Shown here in pieces: positions 52,579 to 60,737 of a DNA stretch of 64,000 nucleotides; the first letter of the stretch is position 1, and each line of letters opens with the position of its first letter. A program made the translations under genes and the position numbers. A model generated the notes under the pieces. That model was not told the origin of the DNA and ran no database searches. It was given only the letters and a program-made list of their open reading frames with translations. The stretch lies in the NCBI GenBank assembly GCA_963823665.1, contig CAWGMQ010000010.1, positions 1,280,001 through 1,344,000 on the forward strand, in the 5' to 3' direction. This DNA is from an uncultured Planctomycetota bacterium (GTDB lineage Bacteria; Planctomycetota; Planctomycetia; Isosphaerales; Isosphaeraceae).

Positions 52579-52827
52579 CTAAACTGGCGGATTATTGGAC
52601 GTTCCATCTCGTTCAGCGAGCAATTCGGCGAGCCGCCGGAAACGTTCGTCGGTCTTGAACGTCCCCGCGTTCAGCCAGTTATAGAGCGTCGATCGGCTGA
52701 TTCCCGCAGTGTCGGCAGCTTCGTTGATGCTCAAGCCGCGGCCGAATGCGAAACCGAGAAGCAACATCGTCTCGCCGTCGCAAGCCGATGGTCTGCCGCG
52801 TCTGTTTTTCGTTTTCGCTTGTGGCAT
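52579..52827 (-). CDS. Small HTH protein (terminase small-subunit-like N-terminus)
   Basis: RGRPS...GLSINEAADTAGISRSTLYNWL. Confidence 0.65.
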   Translation of the reverse strand: MPQAKTKNRRGRPSACDGETMLLLGFAFGRGLSINEAADTAGISRSTLYNWLNAGTFKTDERFRRLAELLAERDGTSNNPPV

Positions 52828-52839
52828 GGCGTCGCGCCC

Positions 52840-53181
52840 TTACATGATCTTCGTGAACATCGGATGGTCGTCATCGGCTTGCATGAACATCCGCCATCTA
52901 TACTCTGCTTCTATGGCCCTTATGAGCTTTCCCATAGCGTCGGGATCATCGATGGGTATACGTTCGGCTCGACTGTCACACTTGGCCCAGCACACGTCGC
53001 AGCACTCGCAGAAGCAAATGATTTGACCTTCTATCACTTTGCTCGAGCACTTCGCGACCGATCCGCAGACTGCGCAATAATCCTTTGCTGGTTTGACCGG
53101 CCGTGCCGGCGCGGGTTCGGGTTCGGGCGCACGCGGTTTAGGCGCCCCTTTGAGTCTGTGCCGCCATGTCAGGTTATTCAT
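52840..53181 (-). CDS. Cys-rich zinc-finger hypothetical protein
   Basis: CAVC..CFCECCDVC. Confidence 0.55.
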   Translation of the reverse strand: MNNLTWRHRLKGAPKPRAPEPEPAPARPVKPAKDYCAVCGSVAKCSSKVIEGQIICFCECCDVCWAKCDSRAERIPIDDPDAMGKLIRAIEAEYRWRMFMQADDDHPMFTKIM

Positions 53182-53184
53182 GGT

Positions 53185-54027
53185 TCAATCCTCATCCCAG
53201 AGTGAAGGGTCACGAAGGTTGCCCACCGCGGCGGGGTTGTGCCGGACGGCATAAGGGGGAATGAAACGCGGGTCTAGTTCGTCGTCGTCGTCGTTTTCTT
53301 GCTCGAGCTCGCGCTTACGCTCCGCCACCTTCTCGACCTCGAGCGCTCTGGCTTCCCAGGGTTGCAGATTCGTTGTGTCGGCCGTGATTGTCATGGCCAT
53401 CCATCGTTGACGTCCAAGCCAGAGCGCGAGGCTCACACTCATAACGCAGTCGTCATGATCCGAATTGAACGCTTCGGCAGAAGTGTTGCCGGTTTTGGCG
53501 CTCACCCGGATTTTAAAATCCCTCAATTCTTTTTTGAGCAATCTAGCGTGCTCCTGATGCTTTCCGTTCCGCATCGGGCATATCTTTACCCGACGATTGC
53601 CGAGTGCTTCGGCCAATGCGCTCACGAGCTCAACCTTGGCGACGTTCCACATGCGCCGGCCGCGTGGCGCCGATGTTGCGCCCCCGGTTATGTTGATCCC
53701 GTAGACTCGGATGTGCTCGTATGGCGCGAATGCGGTAACGCACTGCTCAAACACCGCCGTTCCACAGCCGGACATATCGATCACCACAATGGGAGCCGGT
53801 CGAATGTCGCTTCTGGTTGCGATGCGTACCAGGTCTTTTACCACGGCGCCGTACTCTGTTTTTAACGGCCAGCGACGTAGGCCCACGATCTGAAACGAAT
53901 AGATGGAATTCCCCCGGCTATCGCGTTCGGGAAGGCCCTGCGCGTCCACGGCCAGGCTGCGAGCCATTACAGACAACGCGGAAAAGTCCCGGAACTGGCC
54001 TAAGTCCAGCGTGACAAAGTTGTCCAC
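53185..54027 (-). CDS. Terminase large subunit, stand-alone RNase H-like nuclease domain
   Basis: TLDLGQFRDFSA, VIDMSGCG, DHDDCVMSVSLA; own RBS (GAGGGG) and GTG start. Confidence 0.8.
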   Translation of the reverse strand: MDNFVTLDLGQFRDFSALSVMARSLAVDAQGLPERDSRGNSIYSFQIVGLRRWPLKTEYGAVVKDLVRIATRSDIRPAPIVVIDMSGCGTAVFEQCVTAFAPYEHIRVYGINITGGATSAPRGRRMWNVAKVELVSALAEALGNRRVKICPMRNGKHQEHARLLKKELRDFKIRVSAKTGNTSAEAFNSDHDDCVMSVSLALWLGRQRWMAMTITADTTNLQPWEARALEVEKVAERKRELEQENDDDDELDPRFIPPYAVRHNPAAVGNLRDPSLWDED

Positions 54028-54029
54028 GA

Positions 54030-54797
54030 TTAGAGCCCCTCGAGTGCTGTGAGTAATGGCATGCCAGGCGGATACTCGGTTAAAGCCTCAATCGCATCAT
54101 CACCTATTAATTGGTCGCCGTCCTCTATAAAAGCGTTTTCATGTTCCTGTCTGTACAGTGCAGGCCCCAGGATCTTGAGCTCATCGTCCAGGAATCCCGG
54201 CTTTACACGATGCGGATAGTCGACGCGTCGGGCGGAGATGCGTTCCCAGGTCTGCTCCTGATCTTCCCAGCATGCGTAGAAGAACCCCCGCCGGCCCGCG
54301 GGTGTGGAGAGCAGGATTAGGTCGCCGTCTGTCTCCGCCAGCATCGGACGCACCGCAGCCAGCATGCCCTCATCTATACGTGATGCTTCGTCTAATATAA
54401 CCAAGTGTGGAGTGTACCCGCGTGCAGTAGCCGGATCGCCTGGCAAGGCAACCAGCTTGCTACCGTTGGCGAAGTGCAGTTCAGTTCTGAGTTGCTTGAC
54501 CAGCTCAACGGGCTTGGTGCGCTCGTAATACTGAACAGTGCGGTCAAACAGCAACAGCGATTGCCTTTCCCCGATGCTAGTCAGGAGACATTCCGAGCCC
54601 GCGGTGAAGCAAACACGGTGCAAGGCTTTCACCGCAGATACGCTGGTTTTCCCAAGTTGCCGGCCGCAAAGCATAAGCAATCGTTTGCTTGTCGACTGCA
54701 AAGCTTGGCGCTGCCATAAATCTGGTTCAAGCCCCGTCGCCGCGCGAAACAAGTATGTCGGGTCCAGTGCCGCCTTCAACAATGCTTTCCTGTCCAT
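54030..54797 (-). CDS. Terminase large subunit, stand-alone ATPase domain
   Basis: PDLWQ, Walker A CGRQLGKT, ARG, Walker B VILDE, coupling motif LSTP, YRQE. Confidence 0.88.
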   Translation of the reverse strand: MDRKALLKAALDPTYLFRAATGLEPDLWQRQALQSTSKRLLMLCGRQLGKTSVSAVKALHRVCFTAGSECLLTSIGERQSLLLFDRTVQYYERTKPVELVKQLRTELHFANGSKLVALPGDPATARGYTPHLVILDEASRIDEGMLAAVRPMLAETDGDLILLSTPAGRRGFFYACWEDQEQTWERISARRVDYPHRVKPGFLDDELKILGPALYRQEHENAFIEDGDQLIGDDAIEALTEYPPGMPLLTALEGL

Positions 54798-55389
54798 CGG
54801 TGCTACCCTCCGAGTGCTCGAGTTGCTCCATCTGGTCGATAACCGCGGCGAGGCGATAACGGTCTTCTGGTGTCTTCACAGCGTCAAGGAGGGCCGCGCC
54901 TTGCAACCCGAACATCGCGACGCTGATGTTCTGGGTAGACCCGCCGATCTTGTTGATGGTCTTGTGCTCTCGCAGTTTGCCCCAGTAGCGATCCATCAAC
55001 AGTTGGATGGCCTTCAGCCGGTCGCCGTGCGTCTCGCCCTCGAGAGCGATATGGGCGAGCTCTTTGACCGCGTCGGCGAGCAGGGTTGGGTGCTCGTCAT
55101 CGATCAGTTGCTTGAACCGGCGTTTGATCCTGACACCTGCTGCGATCCGCGCCGGATCGGGGGTCGCGCAGCTATTGCCCACAGCGAACATGCCGTTCTC
55201 ACCCCGGCCTTCACCCGTGCCGGCCCAGCTCGAGGCGTCCAGAGCGGTCTGCGGGTCCTGCTGTTCGGAGAACACCCGCGGCGCAGGGCGGGCGGGCTTG
55301 GCTGGCTTGGCGCCCTTGACCTTGCGCGGGCCCCGGTACCCTCGAGCGGTACCATGCCAGCGAGGCAACGGCGAGGTGTCAGTGCTCAT
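54727..55389 (-). CDS. Putative terminase small subunit
   Basis: RGENGMFAVGN and LKAIQLLMDRYWGK motifs; directly upstream of the terminase ATPase. Confidence 0.6.
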   Translation of the reverse strand: MSTDTSPLPRWHGTARGYRGPRKVKGAKPAKPARPAPRVFSEQQDPQTALDASSWAGTGEGRGENGMFAVGNSCATPDPARIAAGVRIKRRFKQLIDDEHPTLLADAVKELAHIALEGETHGDRLKAIQLLMDRYWGKLREHKTINKIGGSTQNISVAMFGLQGAALLDAVKTPEDRYRLAAVIDQMEQLEHSEGSTDGQESIVEGGTGPDILVSRGDGA

Positions 55390-55404
55390 GGTGGTTGTCC
55401 CCGG

Positions 55405-55761
55405 TTAGTTCCTGGCGCACAGCATGGCCGTTCCTTGTGCTATCCGACGCGCTTCCTCGACCTTCTCCCGAATCTGGTCGATGCGTTGTTCCTGCGCAGC
55501 GAGCGCTTGCTCCCGCGCGACAACGCGACGTTCGTTCTCAGTCTGGGCCCGTATCAGCTCAGTCGAGCCGCACGCGATGGCGCGAACCTCGAGCCCCAGG
55601 GCCCGTACATCGGCCGCCACTCTTTGCACATCCGCAGCCAGTTCGGCTGTCTCGTGCTCAACGTCGGCCAAAGCACACTCAGCCGCGTAGAGTGCCTCAG
55701 ACGCCCTGCGCTGGTCATCTCTCAGGTCGATCAACACGTCTGCCCAGTTCACTGCCGTCAT
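55405..55761 (-). CDS. Coiled-coil hypothetical protein
   Basis: Ala/Glu-rich heptads; GAGAGGG RBS. Confidence 0.6.
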   Translation of the reverse strand: MTAVNWADVLIDLRDDQRRASEALYAAECALADVEHETAELAADVQRVAADVRALGLEVRAIACGSTELIRAQTENERRVVAREQALAAQEQRIDQIREKVEEARRIAQGTAMLCARN

Positions 55762-55928
55762 GGTGCCCTCTCTCGTTGGGTAAGGGGTCATTTATGGGAA
55801 ACCGGTCCAAGTGCTACTTGGGATGCTGCCGTATAACCGGAATCGTCACAAGTGTCACTGCGTGAATTACTTGCGTCTGTCGGCATCGGATTCTCTCTCC
55901 GATGTTGATTGGTTATCTGTACGATCGA

Positions 55929-56201
55929 TCAGTCATGCCGCTCGCGGATCGCGCTGGCCAGGTCGTGAATCGCGCTGGCGATGGTTGTCGCCGCTTCCTT
56001 GATGGCCTCGCCATGAGCTTCCATTGCGTTCGGGCGAGTCCTCGGATCGGAGCGGAATGAAACACCGAACCAGACAGCCCGTGCCAGGTCATCAAGCGTG
56101 TCGACGATGTTTGCGGCCTCGCCGTTGGCGTCGCTCACATTCGGCGAGGTAAGCGCCGCGGCGAGGGTGTCTGCCAGTCTGTCACTCTTGGATGCGTTCA
56201 T
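55929..56201 (-). CDS. Hypothetical protein
   Basis: AAGGAG RBS; SPNVSDANGEAANIVD. Confidence 0.6.
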   Translation of the reverse strand: MNASKSDRLADTLAAALTSPNVSDANGEAANIVDTLDDLARAVWFGVSFRSDPRTRPNAMEAHGEAIKEAATTIASAIHDLASAIRERHD

Positions 56202-56639
56202 GCGTTAAACTCCTTGCATGCATGACGGTATGGGCCGACGATGGTGAGCCCGGCTGAACGGCCAGAGACTGGCCTTCCACGCTGATCTGCTCAAAAGCCT
56301 GCTGCTCATGGTCAGGCCACGGGATACCATCTGCCTCGAGGCGATTGGCGAGTTCACCCCATCGTTGCCGGCGCTCAATCGGCCATCCAGCGAGATCAGA
56401 AGGTCTCGACCACTTCAAGCCTACAAAACCTACGGAACCGGTTTTGTCTGGTTTCGTAGGTAGCGGGGGGTATCTATCTATAAGAATTTCACTGGCGCAG
56501 AAATACACTCACTCACACCATCATTGATGTACTCTTTAGGGTCTGAATTTTCTGTGTACCTATGGGGTGGATTGCCTACGAAACCTACAAAAGCATCCAC
56601 TGGCTTGATCTGCTGCTTGAATGCATTCAAGTATTTCAT
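56182..56639 (-). CDS. Hypothetical protein(s) downstream of the replication gene, probably one frameshifted gene
   Basis: ATGA-coupled start MKYLNAF; FVGFVG/TKPDK repeats; C-terminal WGELANRLEADG in the second frame. Confidence 0.45.
56420..56592. repeat. Iteron-like 9-mer array (candidate replication origin)
   Basis: cctac(a/g)aaa-type pairs at 56420-56439 and 56575-56592, an inverted pair at 56440-56460, and AT-rich sequence between. Confidence 0.55.
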
Positions 56640-58588
56640 GCTTGCGACCACACTTCCTTGGATGGCAGAACCGGATTGATCCACACTTTCTTGGATGGTC
56701 TGCCACCGAACGCGCTCTCTGACGGAACCTCGACCACCTTCACCCATCCGCGGTCTTCAAGGATGCCGATGGCGGTTTCGACGTCATCGACCATCCGCAG
56801 GCCTGACCATCCCTTCTGCGCGACCTCCCGCGGAGTGAACGGATTTGGAAGCGATCCCTTGATCCGCTCGGATAGCGCGACCGCGATCGAGATGTCGCCG
56901 TCCGCGCAGGCCATGTACACCCGCCTGGCGTGCGCCTCGAGCAGGTCACACCATGCCGCGGCCGCTTGAGCTGCCTCGAGGGACACCGGTCCTATCTCCC
57001 ATGCCCTGCATGTCTCGACCAAATGGAAGATCAGTGCCAGCGAGGCCATGAGCGAGCCATATTTCGATAGGTGGTTCTTCATCAGGTCTGAGAGAGCACC
57101 ACCCCGGAGTCGCTGTTGCAGTTCTGTATACCACTGGTTGAAGAACGCTTGAGCGTCATCGGCGAAATTGACGTAGGCCAAGCCGCTATCCTGATCGACC
57201 TTGCATCCCTTATCCGCTGCGTTCATCTGGTCGATCGCCTTGAAGACGTCATAGGCTTCATTCTTCGCCGCGGTATCTGGCCACTGGTCGACATGCACGT
57301 AATCGTCCGGCGGATCCGGATACACCATCACCTGGAAGCGGGGAACGAAACCGTCCGCTTCCTCTCCACTGACGGTGCGTTTCATGTACTGCGCGAGCGG
57401 TCCGGGCTGGATGGTTCCGAGCACCGCCAGACACGCCGCTTCAATGTGCGTCGTGCCGCGCTGGATTCGATCGAATGTGAAAGAGCCGTTTCCATTCCAG
57501 CACTCAAGCAGGAAACCCCGGTCCGATTGGTGACCTTCCCGCTCGAGGCTCTTGAGCAGTCCAAGCAGTTCGTCCCGAAAGACCGTCAACCCGTTCGGAT
57601 TCTCCGCCATGAGCTCGCCAAGCTTCTCGACCGTGAAATCGTTCACGAGATACCGCCGGCACTTCGGCTGATCTTCCTGACTGGTGGCCATCGCATCGAC
57701 CGCGAGCCGCTTTAGTTCGTCCTCCGTCGTCCCCTCCACCTTCGCCGCTTTCTTCAGCGTGCTCTTGGCTGCGTCCTTGCGTGCCGCGGCAACAAGCTGG
57801 CGAGCGGTGTAATCGTTCATCTGTTGGGCGAAGGCGTCCATCGCATCGGCCACGAGTCGCTTGAGCGGACGCATGACGGCCTCGACTGCCGGGGTCTTCA
57901 AGAATCCGGGTGGCCCGACGATGATTCCCCAGAGATTCACCACCACCACCCAGTCATCGTAGCGCTTCGGTCTTATCGCCACCTTCCGGCCGATCACCCC
58001 GCTGAGAGCGACAATCAGCGTCGCCGCAACGTACTCAAACGGAAAACAGCCACGCGTTGCGATATCGCGCAGCCACCCGCGGAAAACCTCTGGCACCATC
58101 TCCGGCACGATGGCAGGGACCGGCTCGAGGTTTGCCGTTATCGGGCGGGGTGGCAGAAGGAAGATAGGGCTTCGAGCCGAAACCTCTTTATCCCTCCATT
58201 TGGTCCGCTTGGCCGCTTCATTCACGAAGTCGTCGCCGTCCACATACTCGCCATCGGCGACCTTCTCGTTAAACCACGCTTTGAGTTGATCGCCGTTGCC
58301 AGCGATTCCGAACGCTTCGCGCAGGTTCAAAGTCCCCACCTGGCTGGCGAAGTAATGGTTGCCGTTCCCTTCGCACCACACCGCCGCCGCGGTCGCCGAT
58401 TCTGGTTCGCTATAGGCAAAGATGATCCGCCGCCGGTCCGCGAACTTCGCAAGCTGGCCCTTCGCCGTGAAGACCTCGATCGCCGGAATGCCGAGCTCCC
58501 GCACCGCGGCTGCAACCCGCAGTTCAATGCACCCGAAAACAATGTCGCCGGGCTTGCCATTCGGGACATGGCCGTTTGATTCGCTCAT
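56636..58588 (-). CDS. DUF3987/YfjI-family replication protein (helicase-like)
   Basis: NLWGIIVGPPGFLKTP, NDFTVEKL, FRDEL, DRIQRG, GTIQPG, DGFVPRF. Confidence 0.88.
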   Translation of the reverse strand: MSESNGHVPNGKPGDIVFGCIELRVAAAVRELGIPAIEVFTAKGQLAKFADRRRIIFAYSEPESATAAAVWCEGNGNHYFASQVGTLNLREAFGIAGNGDQLKAWFNEKVADGEYVDGDDFVNEAAKRTKWRDKEVSARSPIFLLPPRPITANLEPVPAIVPEMVPEVFRGWLRDIATRGCFPFEYVAATLIVALSGVIGRKVAIRPKRYDDWVVVVNLWGIIVGPPGFLKTPAVEAVMRPLKRLVADAMDAFAQQMNDYTARQLVAAARKDAAKSTLKKAAKVEGTTEDELKRLAVDAMATSQEDQPKCRRYLVNDFTVEKLGELMAENPNGLTVFRDELLGLLKSLEREGHQSDRGFLLECWNGNGSFTFDRIQRGTTHIEAACLAVLGTIQPGPLAQYMKRTVSGEEADGFVPRFQVMVYPDPPDDYVHVDQWPDTAAKNEAYDVFKAIDQMNAADKGCKVDQDSGLAYVNFADDAQAFFNQWYTELQQRLRGGALSDLMKNHLSKYGSLMASLALIFHLVETCRAWEIGPVSLEAAQAAAAWCDLLEAHARRVYMACADGDISIAVALSERIKGSLPNPFTPREVAQKGWSGLRMVDDVETAIGILEDRGWVKVVEVPSESAFGGRPSKKVWINPVLPSKEVWSQA

Positions 58589-58791
58589 GGGCCCGCCCTC
58601 CGTGGTTGCCGATGGTCGATTACCTCAGTTGGGTTTCCGCAGACCGGACATTCCCAAATCTGCACCTGTCCGCGCACCCCCCGGAGTCGAAGCCGCTCCC
58701 AACATCCGCAGTAGCTTTGTGGCTCCTCGAGTGCACCGTCATCGTCGGTAGGAAATGCCAGGTCACGCTGGCCGCGCAGGGGCTCGCTCAT
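58585..58791 (-). CDS. Small zinc-ribbon protein
   Basis: YCGC..WECPVCG; ATGA overlaps at both ends. Confidence 0.55.
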   Translation of the reverse strand: MSEPLRGQRDLAFPTDDDGALEEPQSYCGCWERLRLRGVRGQVQIWECPVCGNPTEVIDHRQPRRAGP

Positions 58792-59083
58792 GATGGCTCG
58801 CCCCTTTCCTGTTCGGCCCACTCGCGAACAATGCGCGGTGACCATAGGCGCGCCGGCCGACACTTCTATCCGGCCGCGGAAACTCGCCGGTCGATATCCG
58901 CTCCTCAATCAGCCGCCTGGATAGCGGGATGACGGCGAGAATCTGATCCCAACCCCAGAGAAGCATTTCCGAAGGGGGGATTGATCGAACTTTGGGCAAT
59001 TTGCTAGGATCGGGTTCCTGGATAACCTGATCGTTCGCGAGGCCCGGAGTCGCCAGCTCCGGGTCCTTGCTTGCGCACTGCAC
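58788..59083 (-). CDS. AlpA-family regulator, frameshift near 58850
   Basis: LSRRLIEERISTGEFPRPD..GRR, continuing as WSPRIVREWAEQ in the adjacent frame. Confidence 0.7.
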
Positions 59084-59086
59084 CGA

Positions 59087-59293
59087 TCAGGCCCCCTTGC
59101 TCATGGGAGCCATGGCGCGGGCGATATCGCCCGCGGAATAGCGTGGTGGCACACCCGGCTGCAAATCGATGGCGACGGCGCCGATCGCAGCGAGGCGATA
59201 GAGCTTTGTAGGGCTTAGTCCCGGATGGCGCCGAGTTGCTTCGGCTGCCGAAATGAAATCGGCTTGGGCGGGTTCAAGTGTCGCTGTCGACAT
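59087..59293 (-). CDS. Small excisionase-like HTH protein
   Basis: FISAAEATRRHPGLSPTKLYRLA..PRYSAGDI. Confidence 0.6.
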   Translation of the reverse strand: MSTATLEPAQADFISAAEATRRHPGLSPTKLYRLAAIGAVAIDLQPGVPPRYSAGDIARAMAPMSKGA

Positions 59294-59453
59294 TGCGGTT
59301 TCCCGGAAGGATGCATAGGCGCGATTCACCAGAGCACCTGGTTGAAACCAGTGCTCACGAGTGAGTCGACTTCCTATGCGGTCCGTCTCCGGCCGCAGTC
59401 AGACTCTGACATTCAGTCTTCGATCATAGAATGACTACTAAGCCATTTCAAGA

Positions 59454-59861
59454 TCACATCGGTTGTTTCGGCCAGTACGGCAATTTATCTCGCAAATGCC
59501 ATATCGCGTGGCGGATTTCAAACTGTGGATTATCTGGTCGGCATGAATGGCATGTCGCGTCCGCTCTTTCCATCAGCCAATTGAAGGCGCCCTCGAAGTC
59601 CTCATCGGAGAATTGCCGAGCCGTCCGCCCACTCGTCTGGTTCAAGGTCGGATTGCGCTTGTACCTCATCAACCAAATCGAAATTGTGCGGTACGCTTTC
59701 GCAAAACGCGGTTCATGCTTCTGGAAGTCCTCGTCGCTGGAAGATTGAAGCAGGCCCATCAAGACCCACCAGCTCAATCCCCAGGGTCGCCGCTTCACTC
59801 TACCGAGCAATCGTGACGCTTCGTCTTGAATCAGTGCCTGCACCCGCTTCCGATCGATCAT
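59454..59861 (-). CDS. Hypothetical protein
   Basis: 135-aa ORF, GGAG RBS, co-oriented with the element. Confidence 0.55.
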   Translation of the reverse strand: MIDRKRVQALIQDEASRLLGRVKRRPWGLSWWVLMGLLQSSSDEDFQKHEPRFAKAYRTISIWLMRYKRNPTLNQTSGRTARQFSDEDFEGAFNWLMERADATCHSCRPDNPQFEIRHAIWHLRDKLPYWPKQPM

Positions 59862-59867
59862 CTCAGC

Positions 59868-59978
59868 TCACTCCGTTTTGGCCGCGTTCACCACCGCCAG
59901 AATCGCCCGACGCTGCTCCGCAGACAGCCGTCCCCAGGATTCCCGCACCAGCTCGAAGTCCGAATCGTCAGGGAGCAT
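59868..59978 (-). CDS. 36-aa helical ORF, in frame with the right att core
   Basis: MLPDDSDFELVRESWGRLSAEQRRAILAVVNAAKTE; the frame is open from 60146. Confidence 0.6.
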   Translation of the reverse strand: MLPDDSDFELVRESWGRLSAEQRRAILAVVNAAKTE

Positions 59979-59989
59979 TTTGGGAGCAC
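59970..59989. promoter_or_regulatory. Candidate integrase arm-type sites (right)
   Basis: agggagcattttgggagcac. Confidence 0.55.
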
Positions 59990-60138
59990 TTGAGCCACGC
60001 TCCGACGCGTTTCCATGCGTGTCTGTGCGTGATAATACCGCACTGCCAGGCTCGGAAACAACGGAGAATGAAGGCTTCCCGCGTGTCCCCGCGTTTCCGT
60101 GCGCGTCAGTGCGTTCTGACGTGAAAACGTCAAGATCT

Positions 60139-60156
60139 GATACGCATTCCAGTGCC
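60139..60156. repeat. Right att core
   Basis: gatacgcattccagtgcc. Confidence 0.65.
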
Positions 60157-60159
60157 AGT

Positions 60160-60645
60160 CAGCAAGCCAGGTTGGCCGTGCACCAGTTCCGTGCATCGGT
60201 GTGGCTCGCAGATTGGCCAGCTTGGGGTCGTCCTTGAGCGCCCGAGTTTCGCGCACGACCTCGCCGTACCGCCCCACCGCGTCAATTGCCAATTGCTCGC
60301 GAATCTGGGCTCGCTGCTGCACTGCCTTCGCCGAGATCTCTGCTTTGGTCGCGCGGGCCTTTTCAGTCTGTACGACCCCGACGGCGGCCCCGCTTCGACG
60401 GCGTCGCCGGCAAGATGGCGCTCGATGTCCCTGGCTAGCGCGGTCGCTGTTTCGTAACGCAGTGCCCGGTCCTTCTCGAGGGCCTTGCACGTCTCGATCA
60501 TCGCCCTGGCCTTGAGCAACTGCTCGAGCTTCTGGCGCAGATCGATATCACCGCCGCACTGACGATCCAGGAAAGCGGCGCAGTCTTCCGGCGAAGTGAG
60601 CTCGAGGGCATCCCAGAAAATGCGGTCGACGCTCTTCGGTTCCAT
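60160..60645 (-). pseudogene. Ser/Thr kinase remnant with the whole catalytic domain deleted
   Basis: N-terminal AAFLDRQCGGDIDLRQKLEQLL joined directly to post-kinase KALEKDRALRYETATALARDIERHL..PPSGSYRL. Confidence 0.8.
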
Positions 60646-60737
60646 GAAGCTTCTCGACGGCGTTCGGATCTCCCTGCTCGATCGCCGAAAACATCCGCGT
60701 GCCTTCGCTCAACAATTCGATACGCTGTTACTTCACC

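Larger units (their letters stand above)
44253..60156 (-). mobile_element. Integrated ~15.9 kb phage-satellite (PICI-like) element
   Basis: Imperfect terminal direct repeat (15/18); integrase at one end; AlpA/HTH, DUF3987, terminase, capsid and TA genes, all on the minus strand. Confidence 0.85.

Noticed and set aside
54538..55836. 432-aa plus-strand ORF as the missing portal
   Set aside because: Antisense to three coherent minus-strand genes; no portal-like features.
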